From Candidatus Pacearchaeota archaeon (GTDB taxonomy: Archaea; Nanobdellota; Nanobdellia; Pacearchaeales; GW2011-AR1): DNA of 62,754 nt. How positions within the stretch are numbered: position 1 is the stretch's first letter; the number at the start of each line of letters is the position of its first letter. Location: contig JAFCEE010000004.1 in assembly GCA_017609285.1 (NCBI GenBank), forward strand, positions 1 to 62,754, written 5' to 3'. Below, piece by piece: positions 37,533 through 45,425 of the stretch. The position numbers and the translations under genes were made by a program. The notes under the pieces are model-generated. The model ran no database searches and was not told the DNA's origin. It was given only the letters and a program-made list of their open reading frames with translations.

Positions 37533-38495
37533 TTACATCTTTCCATGACCAGCAATCACGAAGGAAGCTAGTAAAGCTTCTAATTGGATAAACTCATCAC
37601 TTCCTTCAACTAATCTAAATTCTATTTCGCCAGTTTTTTCTGTTAACTTAACCTTTAATTCTGGTTCTATGTTAAGATTCCAGATTTCCTTTTGTATCGC
37701 TTTAATTACATCTTGTCCTGAAATGCTTTCTTTTAACATTATATCAAGTAATTTTTCTCTTGCATTTTGAAAGTCTCCAGATAAAGCATATTCTAAAACT
37801 ATTTTTATGTCAGAAGGTTTTGCTTGGCTTACAACCGTGTTAATGAGTTCTGTTGTTATTCTTGGTGAGATAGAGGATGTAGCTTGTAAAAGATTTATAA
37901 CTCTTCTACAGTCTCCTTCACTTGCTTCATATAGTATGTCTATGGATTCTTCTTGAATTTCTAAATTTTCAGATTCAGCTATTCTTTTTATTATCTTTTC
38001 TATATCTTTTTTTTCTAGCAACCTAAAACGGAAAACAGCACATCTTGATTGGATAGGGTCTATAATCTTACTACTATAATTGCAGCTTAATATAAATCTG
38101 CACGTATTAGTAAAATTCTCCATAGTTCTTCTTAGAGCTTGTTGAGCTTCTCTTGTTAAAGCATCTGCTTCATCAAGAAAAATAACTTTAAATGAAACTT
38201 GTGAAAGAGAACGGGTTCTAGCAAAATCCTTGACTTTCTGTCTTATCACATCGATACCTCTCTCATCACTTGCATTCAACTCGAGATAATTTTCTCTCCA
38301 TTTATCTCCAAACAACTCTTTTACTATAATTAAAGCTAAAGAACTTTTACCTGTTCCAGCAGGACCTGTAAACAAAAGATGGGGAATGTTAAGGGAATTA
38401 GTCAGGTTTTTTATTCTTTTTACTATTTCTTCTTGCCCCACTAGCTCATCAAAAGTTTTTGGCCTATATCTCTCAGTCCATATCTCAGTATTCAT
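37533..38495 (-). CDS. rfcS: replication factor C small subunit
   Basis: GPAGTGKSS, LDEADALT, SRC motif. Confidence 0.95.
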   Translation of the reverse strand: MNTEIWTERYRPKTFDELVGQEEIVKRIKNLTNSLNIPHLLFTGPAGTGKSSLALIIVKELFGDKWRENYLELNASDERGIDVIRQKVKDFARTRSLSQVSFKVIFLDEADALTREAQQALRRTMENFTNTCRFILSCNYSSKIIDPIQSRCAVFRFRLLEKKDIEKIIKRIAESENLEIQEESIDILYEASEGDCRRVINLLQATSSISPRITTELINTVVSQAKPSDIKIVLEYALSGDFQNAREKLLDIMLKESISGQDVIKAIQKEIWNLNIEPELKVKLTEKTGEIEFRLVEGSDEFIQLEALLASFVIAGHGKM

Positions 38496-38563
38496 ATTTT
38501 TCTTTTATCTTTCAATTTTATAAAGATTTATGTAGAGAAGAATATAATTTAATTATGAAGAAG

Positions 38564-38680
38564 CTATTTGCTCCTCTGTCTATGCAGTTTTCTTTTCCTT
38601 TTTTCTTTTCTAAGTCTTTTTCTTTGCCACTTCCATCTCATCTGGCGTTTCTTTTTCCACCTTCTACTTGATCTTTTCAT
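38564..38680 (-). CDS. rpl41e: ribosomal protein L41e (eL41)
   Basis: 38-aa Arg/Lys peptide MKRSSRRWKKKRQMRWKWQRKRLRKEKRKRKLHRQRSK. The C-terminal RQRSK is as in eL41. Below track cut-off. Confidence 0.6.
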   Translation of the reverse strand: MKRSSRRWKKKRQMRWKWQRKRLRKEKRKRKLHRQRSK

Positions 38681-38942
38681 ATTAAACAAGAAAATTTTTT
38701 GTTTATAAATTTAACTGGGAATATATTTTTGAACATAACCAATTATTTAAACTATTTATCAGGGCTAAATAATATGCGAGGAGAAGATAGAGTTTATATA
38801 TCTTCTGATAGCCTAATTTTTTAAGTGGTAACAGTGGTTTTTAAAACTTGTTAGTTATATTAAAGAGTTGATTTAGTTAACGATAAATTTAAGTTTTGAT
38901 TTGATAAGAAGGAGATAGAACTTAAAAAAGGCAGAATATAAT

Positions 38943-39362
38943 TTAACCTATATAAGAATGTAAAGGTTTAAGTAATTTTTCAGGTTCTAAAACTCTGTCT
39001 TCCATCAGCCCTTCTATAATCTTTACTGATTCATTAGAAAAAACATGTTCTAGCTTATGGGCCTCTTCCCTAGCTTTTTCTTCTTTATGTTTAAGAATTT
39101 TTTTAAGAAAACTTTTTACTACATAATATCTATTATAAAACATTTCTACTTTTCTTTTACCTTTTGCTGTCAGAAAAATTTTTGAGTAAGGTTTTATTTT
39201 TATTAAGTTTTCAAGTGCTAATTTACGTAGCATTTCTGATACACTCGCTTTTGAAATTTTTAGTTTTCTTGCCATATCTATACTTCTGACTCCTTTGCCT
39301 TCATCTAGCTCATATATAATCCTGAGATAATTCTCTCTTGCTTCTTTCCTCTTTTTTTCCAT
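38943..39362 (-). CDS. DtxR/MntR-family metal-dependent transcriptional regulator
   Basis: N-terminal wHTH (ARKLKISKASVSEMLRKL) plus dimerisation helix pattern. Confidence 0.8.
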   Translation of the reverse strand: MEKKRKEARENYLRIIYELDEGKGVRSIDMARKLKISKASVSEMLRKLALENLIKIKPYSKIFLTAKGKRKVEMFYNRYYVVKSFLKKILKHKEEKAREEAHKLEHVFSNESVKIIEGLMEDRVLEPEKLLKPLHSYIG

Positions 39363-39381
39363 TAAGTTAGGTAATCCTAAC

Positions 39382-42021
39382 TTATTTATATATTTTTCGG
39401 AATTTTAGAATTCTTCTAATCATAAAAAAGACAAAAAGAACAAAAACAATTATTAAGAAAGAAGAGAGGAAAGTGTCTGTTTTTGTTTTATTTAAGAAAA
39501 TAGCTAATCCGCCAATGTATGAGGTTCCCAAGATAATTTCTTCCTGTACGAAAGTAGAGTATACCTCTGAGTTTGCATTAATCAACAGATTGAGGTCGCC
39601 TTTTATATTGTCTGGAATTTTAAGTGTTTCTTGGAATGCTTGTTTTGAGTTTGCTTTTAGTGTTCTTGTTGTAGATTTTTCTGCTGTTCTTTCATTATCA
39701 TAGCCAAATAGTATTATTTCTACTTCTATCTCTTGTTTTTTTCCAGTTAATTCTGTTAAAGAGTAATTGATCTTGATGTTATTTTTGAAACTTTCTACAT
39801 TGATTAATTCTAAGCTAAACTTCTTTTCTATTATTTCTACAGTAAGGTTAGTTGACTGGATTGTTTCTTGACAGCTTATCGCTATATTCAATGTGTAGGG
39901 TTTTGGTTCTGCTGTTTCTGGAACTTTTAATGTGAAAATAAAATCGTGAAGCTCTCCAGGGCTTAAGTCTTTTATCTCCCCAGGAGAAGAGATCCACTCC
40001 GAATGTTTTCCTGTTCCTTGAAGTTTGCAATCATTTAAAAATTTAGTTCCTATACTTTTGACTGGCAATACCATCTTTTTTATTTCTCCAGGATTTACAA
40101 TTAAATCCGGAATTTTAGTAAAATGTAATCTATAATATCTTGACGTGATATTTCCTGTTAGTATTCCACCGCCCCCACCACTGCCTCCGCCACCACCACC
40201 TCCACTGCTTGGTGGAGTAGTTCTGTCAGAGGAAGTTGTTGAAACTGAAAACTCTGAGCTTGTATAATCTAGATTTCCTAATGAGTTATTTGCGTATAAA
40301 TTTAAAATATAATCGCCATCTGTTGAAACATTAAAACTTGAATCTGAACAATTTTCGAGAGTTGTATTTTCTATGATAGAACCTCCAATAGAGGTCTTAA
40401 CATTATACCAACAAGTCAGATTATTTCCTATAGCTGTAAATTCAAGTGGTATGTTTGTTCTTGATGTTTTAGTTCCAGAAGGTTCAACAATACTTAATGA
40501 AATTCCTGTTACATCGACATTAAATGAAACAGAATCACTTGATTCTAAACCATTTGTATCGTTCGCATAAATGTTTATTATGTGTGAACCTTCAGCAACA
40601 TCAAAAGTTGTATTTTGGCAGTTGGGAATTGTTATATTTTCTCCTGAATCAATATTATACCAGCAGCTGTCCAAATTGCCGTCGATATCAGATACAGAGA
40701 TGTTAAGGGGAAGAGAGTTATTGTATGTGTAAAGTAAATTTTGTGGCTCAACTAAAGTTATTGTAGGGGGAGAATTAATTAAATTGTAGTTTACTTCTAG
40801 ATTTGTTAGTGTTGGTGTTATAGAAGAATCAGGGCTTTTAAACAAAACTTTGTACTGAAAATATCTTCCTTGTAAGTTCAAGTTACTTAAATCTGCTGAA
40901 AAAAAATTCGCGTCGCTACAATCAGGAAGAGAGCAGTTTCTTACTTGAAAAGTTAAGTGAGTATTTTGAATAAATTCAGTTATGCCTTTTGGGTCATTTG
41001 TAGCTGCATTATTACAGTCTCCAATTTCCTGCCAGCTTATGCCATAGTCATTTGATTTAAAAACTCTCCCAGCTGCGTCTAAAATAAAAAAATTGTCTTC
41101 ATTTGTAATTAAAATTTTAACTAATGTATTTGCATAAGGACTTATACTATCATTTAAAATACTCCACGAAACTCCAGAATCAGAAGATTTGTAAATTTTT
41201 GTATTCATAAGAATATAAAGGTTATCTAGGCTGTCTGATTTCATTCCATCTGTTCCTGTTGAGCCTCCATAATTATCATTAACTTTTGTCCATGAAACTC
41301 CAGAATCAGTTGATTTGAATACTTTACCTGTTCCGTCAACAGCATAAATATAATCTTTACTATCAATTGCCATTCCTTTTGGGTTATTTGTAGCAGCGCC
41401 ATTAATATCTCCTTGTTTTACCCAACTTAAACCATTATCTGTTGATTTCCAAACCTCTCCTGAACCTACTGCAACATATAAATTCTCAGAATCTGAAACA
41501 CCAACATAAGGAGACTTTCCTTCAAAACCACTATACACAACTTTAAAATCTGTTCCATCTGAAGAATTCCAGACTTCATTTCCAACACTTGAAAGAATAT
41601 AAAGATAATTAGAATTTGAAAACATATCTGCTGTAGCTGTGGTTCTTCCAAAGTTTTCTTGGCTTAGGCTCCATGTAATTCCTGAGTCGGTTGATTTATA
41701 AACAGCTCCAGAGCCATCAACACAGAATAAACTTGTAAGACTGGGTTCAGAACCTTGCCAAGTTAAATTATTCCAAATAGCATCATTCCCCGCATCAAAA
41801 ATTTTGCTTTCATAAGTTCCTGTTAAGTCGTCTCCAGATAAAATGATAGTAGAACCATTATATTCTGTATTATTGTAAGTTCCTTCATCAAATTCTGATT
41901 GATTTCCTTGAGTGAGTACAGCAAAACCAGTCATGTTTGTTTTTAAATAATACAATGACGAGAAAGCTACGCTTAAAATTATGATAATGAAAACATAAGT
42001 TACAAATCTCTCTTTTTTCAT
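39382..42021 (-). CDS. secreted BNR/Asp-box repeat beta-propeller protein with Ig-like domains and C-terminal TM anchor
   Basis: Signal peptide; five SxDxGxSW repeats (STDSGITW, STDNGLSW, STDSGVSW, SSDSGVSW, SNDYGISW); poly-Gly linker; C-terminal TM. Confidence 0.7.
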   Translation of the reverse strand: MKKERFVTYVFIIIILSVAFSSLYYLKTNMTGFAVLTQGNQSEFDEGTYNNTEYNGSTIILSGDDLTGTYESKIFDAGNDAIWNNLTWQGSEPSLTSLFCVDGSGAVYKSTDSGITWSLSQENFGRTTATADMFSNSNYLYILSSVGNEVWNSSDGTDFKVVYSGFEGKSPYVGVSDSENLYVAVGSGEVWKSTDNGLSWVKQGDINGAATNNPKGMAIDSKDYIYAVDGTGKVFKSTDSGVSWTKVNDNYGGSTGTDGMKSDSLDNLYILMNTKIYKSSDSGVSWSILNDSISPYANTLVKILITNEDNFFILDAAGRVFKSNDYGISWQEIGDCNNAATNDPKGITEFIQNTHLTFQVRNCSLPDCSDANFFSADLSNLNLQGRYFQYKVLFKSPDSSITPTLTNLEVNYNLINSPPTITLVEPQNLLYTYNNSLPLNISVSDIDGNLDSCWYNIDSGENITIPNCQNTTFDVAEGSHIINIYANDTNGLESSDSVSFNVDVTGISLSIVEPSGTKTSRTNIPLEFTAIGNNLTCWYNVKTSIGGSIIENTTLENCSDSSFNVSTDGDYILNLYANNSLGNLDYTSSEFSVSTTSSDRTTPPSSGGGGGGGSGGGGGILTGNITSRYYRLHFTKIPDLIVNPGEIKKMVLPVKSIGTKFLNDCKLQGTGKHSEWISSPGEIKDLSPGELHDFIFTLKVPETAEPKPYTLNIAISCQETIQSTNLTVEIIEKKFSLELINVESFKNNIKINYSLTELTGKKQEIEVEIILFGYDNERTAEKSTTRTLKANSKQAFQETLKIPDNIKGDLNLLINANSEVYSTFVQEEIILGTSYIGGLAIFLNKTKTDTFLSSFLIIVFVLFVFFMIRRILKFRKIYK

Positions 42022-42101
42022 AAGTCTACTTGTAAGTTGGGGTTTAAATATTTTTTTCTGACAATCGATATTTTTAAATATACCTTAAACTTAAGATTAA
42101 T

Positions 42102-42899
42102 ATGAAAAGAATGAGGAGATGGTTGGTCTTAATATTTTGTATCATATTTTTGTCAGCTCTAACAATGGCACAAGGAAATAAGATAGAGGTTTCTACAATA
42201 AAAGAAAGTTTTCAGGCAGGAGAGAAAATAACATTCAAGGTTTCTTTATATGATTATGAAAATAATTTGGTTGATGATGAGGTTTCTGTTCTAGTAGAGG
42301 ACGCAGAGAAAAGAGTGAAATTAGAAAAGATAGTACCCTCTAACAAACTTGTAGATATAGATCTAGGAGAGAATGCACCTAATGGCTATTGGAAAATTAC
42401 TGCAAAATATCAGGATATAGAGGCAACAGGATTGTTTTATGTAGAAACAAATGAATTGGCGAGGTTTGATTTGGAGAATGATATGCTGACTGTAACTAAT
42501 GTTGGAAATACTAAATACTCAAAAAATATTCAAATTATAATAGGAGATACTATTGGGGTTAAAAAAGTAGAATTAGATGTTGGGGAAAAAATAAAATTTA
42601 GGTTGATTGCTCCTGATGGAACTTATAATGTAAAAATAACTGATGGCAAAACATCTATTTCTAAAAGTGGTGTTGTATTAACTGGTGAGGTTGTTGGTAT
42701 TTTAGATGAGAGATTAAGTGAGAGGAATCCTCTTACAGGAGGGATAAATCCGGGGGGAGGAGATTCTGGACCATTTAATTTGAGAAGAAGCAGTTTCATT
42801 TATGTTTTTTTTGTTGTTGTGTTGGGAGGAATTATACTTCTAACTATAGAGAAAAGAGTTAGGAAAAAAGCAGTTGAAAGTCAGGTTGAGAGTCAATGA
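42102..42899 (+). CDS. secreted beta-rich protein with C-terminal TM anchor
   Basis: Signal peptide, Ig-like segments, Gly-rich linker, TM. Confidence 0.5.
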   Translation: MKRMRRWLVLIFCIIFLSALTMAQGNKIEVSTIKESFQAGEKITFKVSLYDYENNLVDDEVSVLVEDAEKRVKLEKIVPSNKLVDIDLGENAPNGYWKITAKYQDIEATGLFYVETNELARFDLENDMLTVTNVGNTKYSKNIQIIIGDTIGVKKVELDVGEKIKFRLIAPDGTYNVKITDGKTSISKSGVVLTGEVVGILDERLSERNPLTGGINPGGGDSGPFNLRRSSFIYVFFVVVLGGIILLTIEKRVRKKAVESQVESQ

Positions 42900-42945
42900 A
42901 GAGAGTTTTTATTTTTTCTATATATTATTTAAAGTATAGTTAGAA

Positions 42946-43072
42946 TGCCCCGACCGAGATTCGAACTCGGGTCACAGCCTTTCTCTGTCCTTTTCATCTC
43001 GAGAGGGCTGTATCCATAGCCTTCCTTTAGCTGATTAAGGCTAAAAGAATTTGGCCACTAGACTATCGGGGC
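42946..43072 (-). tRNA. tRNA-Glu (CUC) with two introns (D-loop about 35 nt; anticodon loop 37/38 about 19 nt)
   Basis: Exons assemble to a 73-nt cloverleaf: GCCCCGA-TA-GTCT-AGTGGCCAA-GGAT-A-CAGCC-CTCTCGA-GGCTG-TGAC-CCGAG-TTCGAAT-CTCGG-TCGGGGC-A. The GGCCAA D-loop and 4-nt variable loop are typical of archaeal tRNA-Glu. Confidence 0.7.
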
Positions 43073-43972
43073 GTTCATTTGTAATTTTTCCAATCTTTTT
43101 AAATGTTTTTGATTATTGAAACCTATCTTTTTGATGTATTTATTAACCTGTTCTTTACCTGAAATGAAGATTTGTTTTTTTCTTATTATTTTTGATGTTT
43201 TGATATTTAATTTATTAAGAGATTTATGTACATCCTCAATTAAATTTGGAATATAACTTGTAAAACATATTCTAAGATTTCTATTTTTTCTTGAAATATG
43301 ATGAACAGAACCATCAGTATCAATTAAACCTCTTAAACATGCCTCTAAAAATGAATTATTCTTTTTTATCCAATCTGGAATATTTTGATTATTTATTTTT
43401 TTATTTCCTGATTTCAATCCCAATTCATTTAACATTTTAATAAGATTTTTTCCATGAATAGTTAAAAATATTTCATTCTTTTTTGGAATTTCTCTTATTT
43501 TTCCAGGCTCTTTAAATATGCTTATAAATAGCTTTGAGATATACTCTGATAAATATTCATAATCTTGAGATAGATTTCCTGCAATTTTAAGAGCATAACA
43601 TCTTGCGTTATCTTTTTTATAAACTTCTAAATGCCCATCACCTAAAATTATTCCGAATAACTCTGCTAATTTTTTATCTTTCTTTATTTTACCAAACTTT
43701 TTGGTATTGCCATTTGATCTTAAACCTCCCTTAGAGCGCCCCCAATTATCATCTAATCTTCTAGTTATGAATTTATCATAATTTTCTTTAGCAATTTTAC
43801 ATAGTTTATTATAAACTTTTTCTGATATAGTTCTCCTCTTTTCATTTCCTAACTCATTTTGTAAATACTTTTTGTTAAGCCCTACCCTTTTGGACAATTC
43901 TAACCAGGTTATCTTATTTCTAGCTTTCTTAATCAATTCTTTTTGCTTACCTTTTGTAAGGACGATTCTCAT
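43058..43972 (-). CDS. LAGLIDADG-type protein with N-terminal HTH
   Basis: LAELFGIILGDGHL and LRGLIDTDGSV motifs. TTTATAAA box at 43994-44001. The last 5 codons and the TAG stop lie inside the tRNA-Glu 5' exon. Confidence 0.75.
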   Translation of the reverse strand: MRIVLTKGKQKELIKKARNKITWLELSKRVGLNKKYLQNELGNEKRRTISEKVYNKLCKIAKENYDKFITRRLDDNWGRSKGGLRSNGNTKKFGKIKKDKKLAELFGIILGDGHLEVYKKDNARCYALKIAGNLSQDYEYLSEYISKLFISIFKEPGKIREIPKKNEIFLTIHGKNLIKMLNELGLKSGNKKINNQNIPDWIKKNNSFLEACLRGLIDTDGSVHHISRKNRNLRICFTSYIPNLIEDVHKSLNKLNIKTSKIIRKKQIFISGKEQVNKYIKKIGFNNQKHLKRLEKLQMNAPIV

Positions 43973-44026
43973 AATTGTTAGAAGTTATCATTATTTATAA
44001 ATCTTCTTGTTCGCTGAACTGCCTTT

Positions 44027-44057
44027 AAGAATTTCTTGGCTACTAGACTATCGGGGC
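44027..44057 (-). pseudogene. duplicated, degenerate 5' fragment of tRNA-Glu
   Basis: 27/28 identity plus a 3-nt indel versus 43045-43072. Conserved G18 is changed (AGTAGCC vs AGTGGCC). No matching 3' half follows. Confidence 0.65.
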
Positions 44058-44060
44058 AGA

Positions 44061-44133
44061 TAGCCCTGCCAGGATTCGAACCTGGGTCTCAGGATCCAGA
44101 GTCCTGCATACTTGACCACTATACTACAGGGCT
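44061..44133 (-). tRNA. tRNA-Gln (CUG)
   Basis: AGCCCTG/CAGGGCT acceptor (A1-U72), CAGGA-CTCTGGA-TCCTG anticodon arm, CCAGG-TTCGAAT-CCTGG T arm. Confidence 0.9.
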
Positions 44134-44228
44134 ATATCTCTACTTACTTAAGAAAACTTAAAAACTTAACTACTCACCCTAACTAGTAAATTATTTAAAT
44201 CCTTGAACTTTTATAAAAATAGAAAAAA

Positions 44229-44525
44229 ATGGTGAATTGGGTAGTAATAGCAATTTTGGTTTTTTTGGTATTATTGTTTCTTAAAGCTAAAACAATGCAA
44301 CATAAAGCTTATGCTATTCTAATTACTATCATGCTTATTTTCTTTTATTTAACAGGAGCGAAGATTATTGCAGAGAATAATGTTGATATTAAAACATTTA
44401 ATGGAATAGTTACTGCAGGCGAATTATATTTTAGCTGGCTAGGACATGTTCTTCAAAATACCAAGGTTTTAGTAGGAAATGCCGTCAAAATGGATTGGAA
44501 AGGAAATATAACTATAGAAAAATGA
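44229..44525 (+). CDS. small membrane protein (paralogue pair, first)
   Basis: Two TMs; motif FSWLGHVLQNTKVLVGNAVKMDW. Confidence 0.45.
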   Translation: MVNWVVIAILVFLVLLFLKAKTMQHKAYAILITIMLIFFYLTGAKIIAENNVDIKTFNGIVTAGELYFSWLGHVLQNTKVLVGNAVKMDWKGNITIEK

Positions 44526-44731
44526 AACTCTTACTTTTAATTACCATGTTTCTCTTAATAGGAAGTTTTTTTATTATTTCTGAAAATAATCTAGCTTTAA
44601 AAGACGAGGAAGCAAGAAAAGAATTTGGCAAGCTTTATATTTCATGGTTTAATCAAATTTTTGAAAATTCTAAAAATTTAGTTGGATATGTAGTTAAGCT
44701 GAATTGGTTGCCTAACAATACTTCAACTTAA
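44522..44731 (+). CDS. small membrane protein (paralogue pair, second)
   Basis: ATG at 44522 overlaps the upstream stop (ATGA); motif ISWFNQIFENSKNLVGYVVKLNW. Confidence 0.45.
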   Translation: MKLLLLITMFLLIGSFFIISENNLALKDEEARKEFGKLYISWFNQIFENSKNLVGYVVKLNWLPNNTST

Positions 44732-44764
44732 ACTTTTTATACCTATCTTTTTTTTAAAAAACAA

Positions 44765-44882
44765 GCCTCAGTAGCTCAGTCGGTTAGAGCGTTACCTTGG
44801 TATGAAAATCACCAGCAGGTTTTCTATCCTGCGACCAAAAACAAAAAGGTAGAGGTCGTGGGTTCAATTCCCACCTGAGGCT
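44765..44882 (+). tRNA. tRNA-Thr (GGU) with 44-nt intron at 37/38
   Basis: GCCTCAG-TA-GCTC-AGTCGGTTA-GAGC-G-TTACC-TTGGTA[intron]A-GGTAG-AGGTC-GTGGG-TTCAATT-CCCAC-CTGAGGC-T. Confidence 0.85.
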
Positions 44883-44936
44883 TTGGAATTAAATTGAAAA
44901 GTAAAGTTTTATAAATCTGATTCAGATTAAAAAAAT

Positions 44937-45425
44937 ATGTCAAAAGAAATTTCTGAACTTGAAAGCTTAAAGAAACAATACGAAAAATTAAGGAAAAAAT
45001 ATTCTTTGCCTAGTTTTCAGGAGTTAAATAAGGATTTTGAAATAGAAAGGCTACAAGAAAAAGAGACTGAATTATTGTCTAGGGAAATAAGGAGAGCTAT
45101 TGTTGAAAAAAATACACTCTACTTGAAATTTGTGGAGATGTTTATGAATCCTTCTCAAGCTCCTATGTTTTTCCTTGCTTTAGTTAAAACTCTTGATGCT
45201 ACAGAAAGGAAATTATTGAATGAGTTGTATTTAGAATTAGGAAAATTTGAAATTAGAAGTATAGCTTTAGATAATGAATATGATGAGAAGAAAGATGCAG
45301 AGTTCATTAAAAAATTTTGTAAGGAATGGCAGGACATAAAGAGAAGATTTGGAAAAATAATGAAAGCTATTGAAGAAGCATGGGAGAGGAAATCTGAAAA
45401 AGGAGAAAAAGGTTATTTAGGATAA
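44937..45425 (+). CDS. hypothetical coiled-coil protein
   Basis: 162-aa ORF; no family recognised. Confidence 0.45.
   Translation: MSKEISELESLKKQYEKLRKKYSLPSFQELNKDFEIERLQEKETELLSREIRRAIVEKNTLYLKFVEMFMNPSQAPMFFLALVKTLDATERKLLNELYLELGKFEIRSIALDNEYDEKKDAEFIKKFCKEWQDIKRRFGKIMKAIEEAWERKSEKGEKGYLG

Noticed and set aside
38763-38813. Imperfect palindrome GGCTA...GAAGATA-N9-TATCTTC...TAGCC as a DtxR/MntR operator
   Set aside because: It lies downstream of the regulator gene and more than 100 nt from the L41e start. It shares only TAGCCTAA with my recollection of the DtxR box, which is too weak to call.
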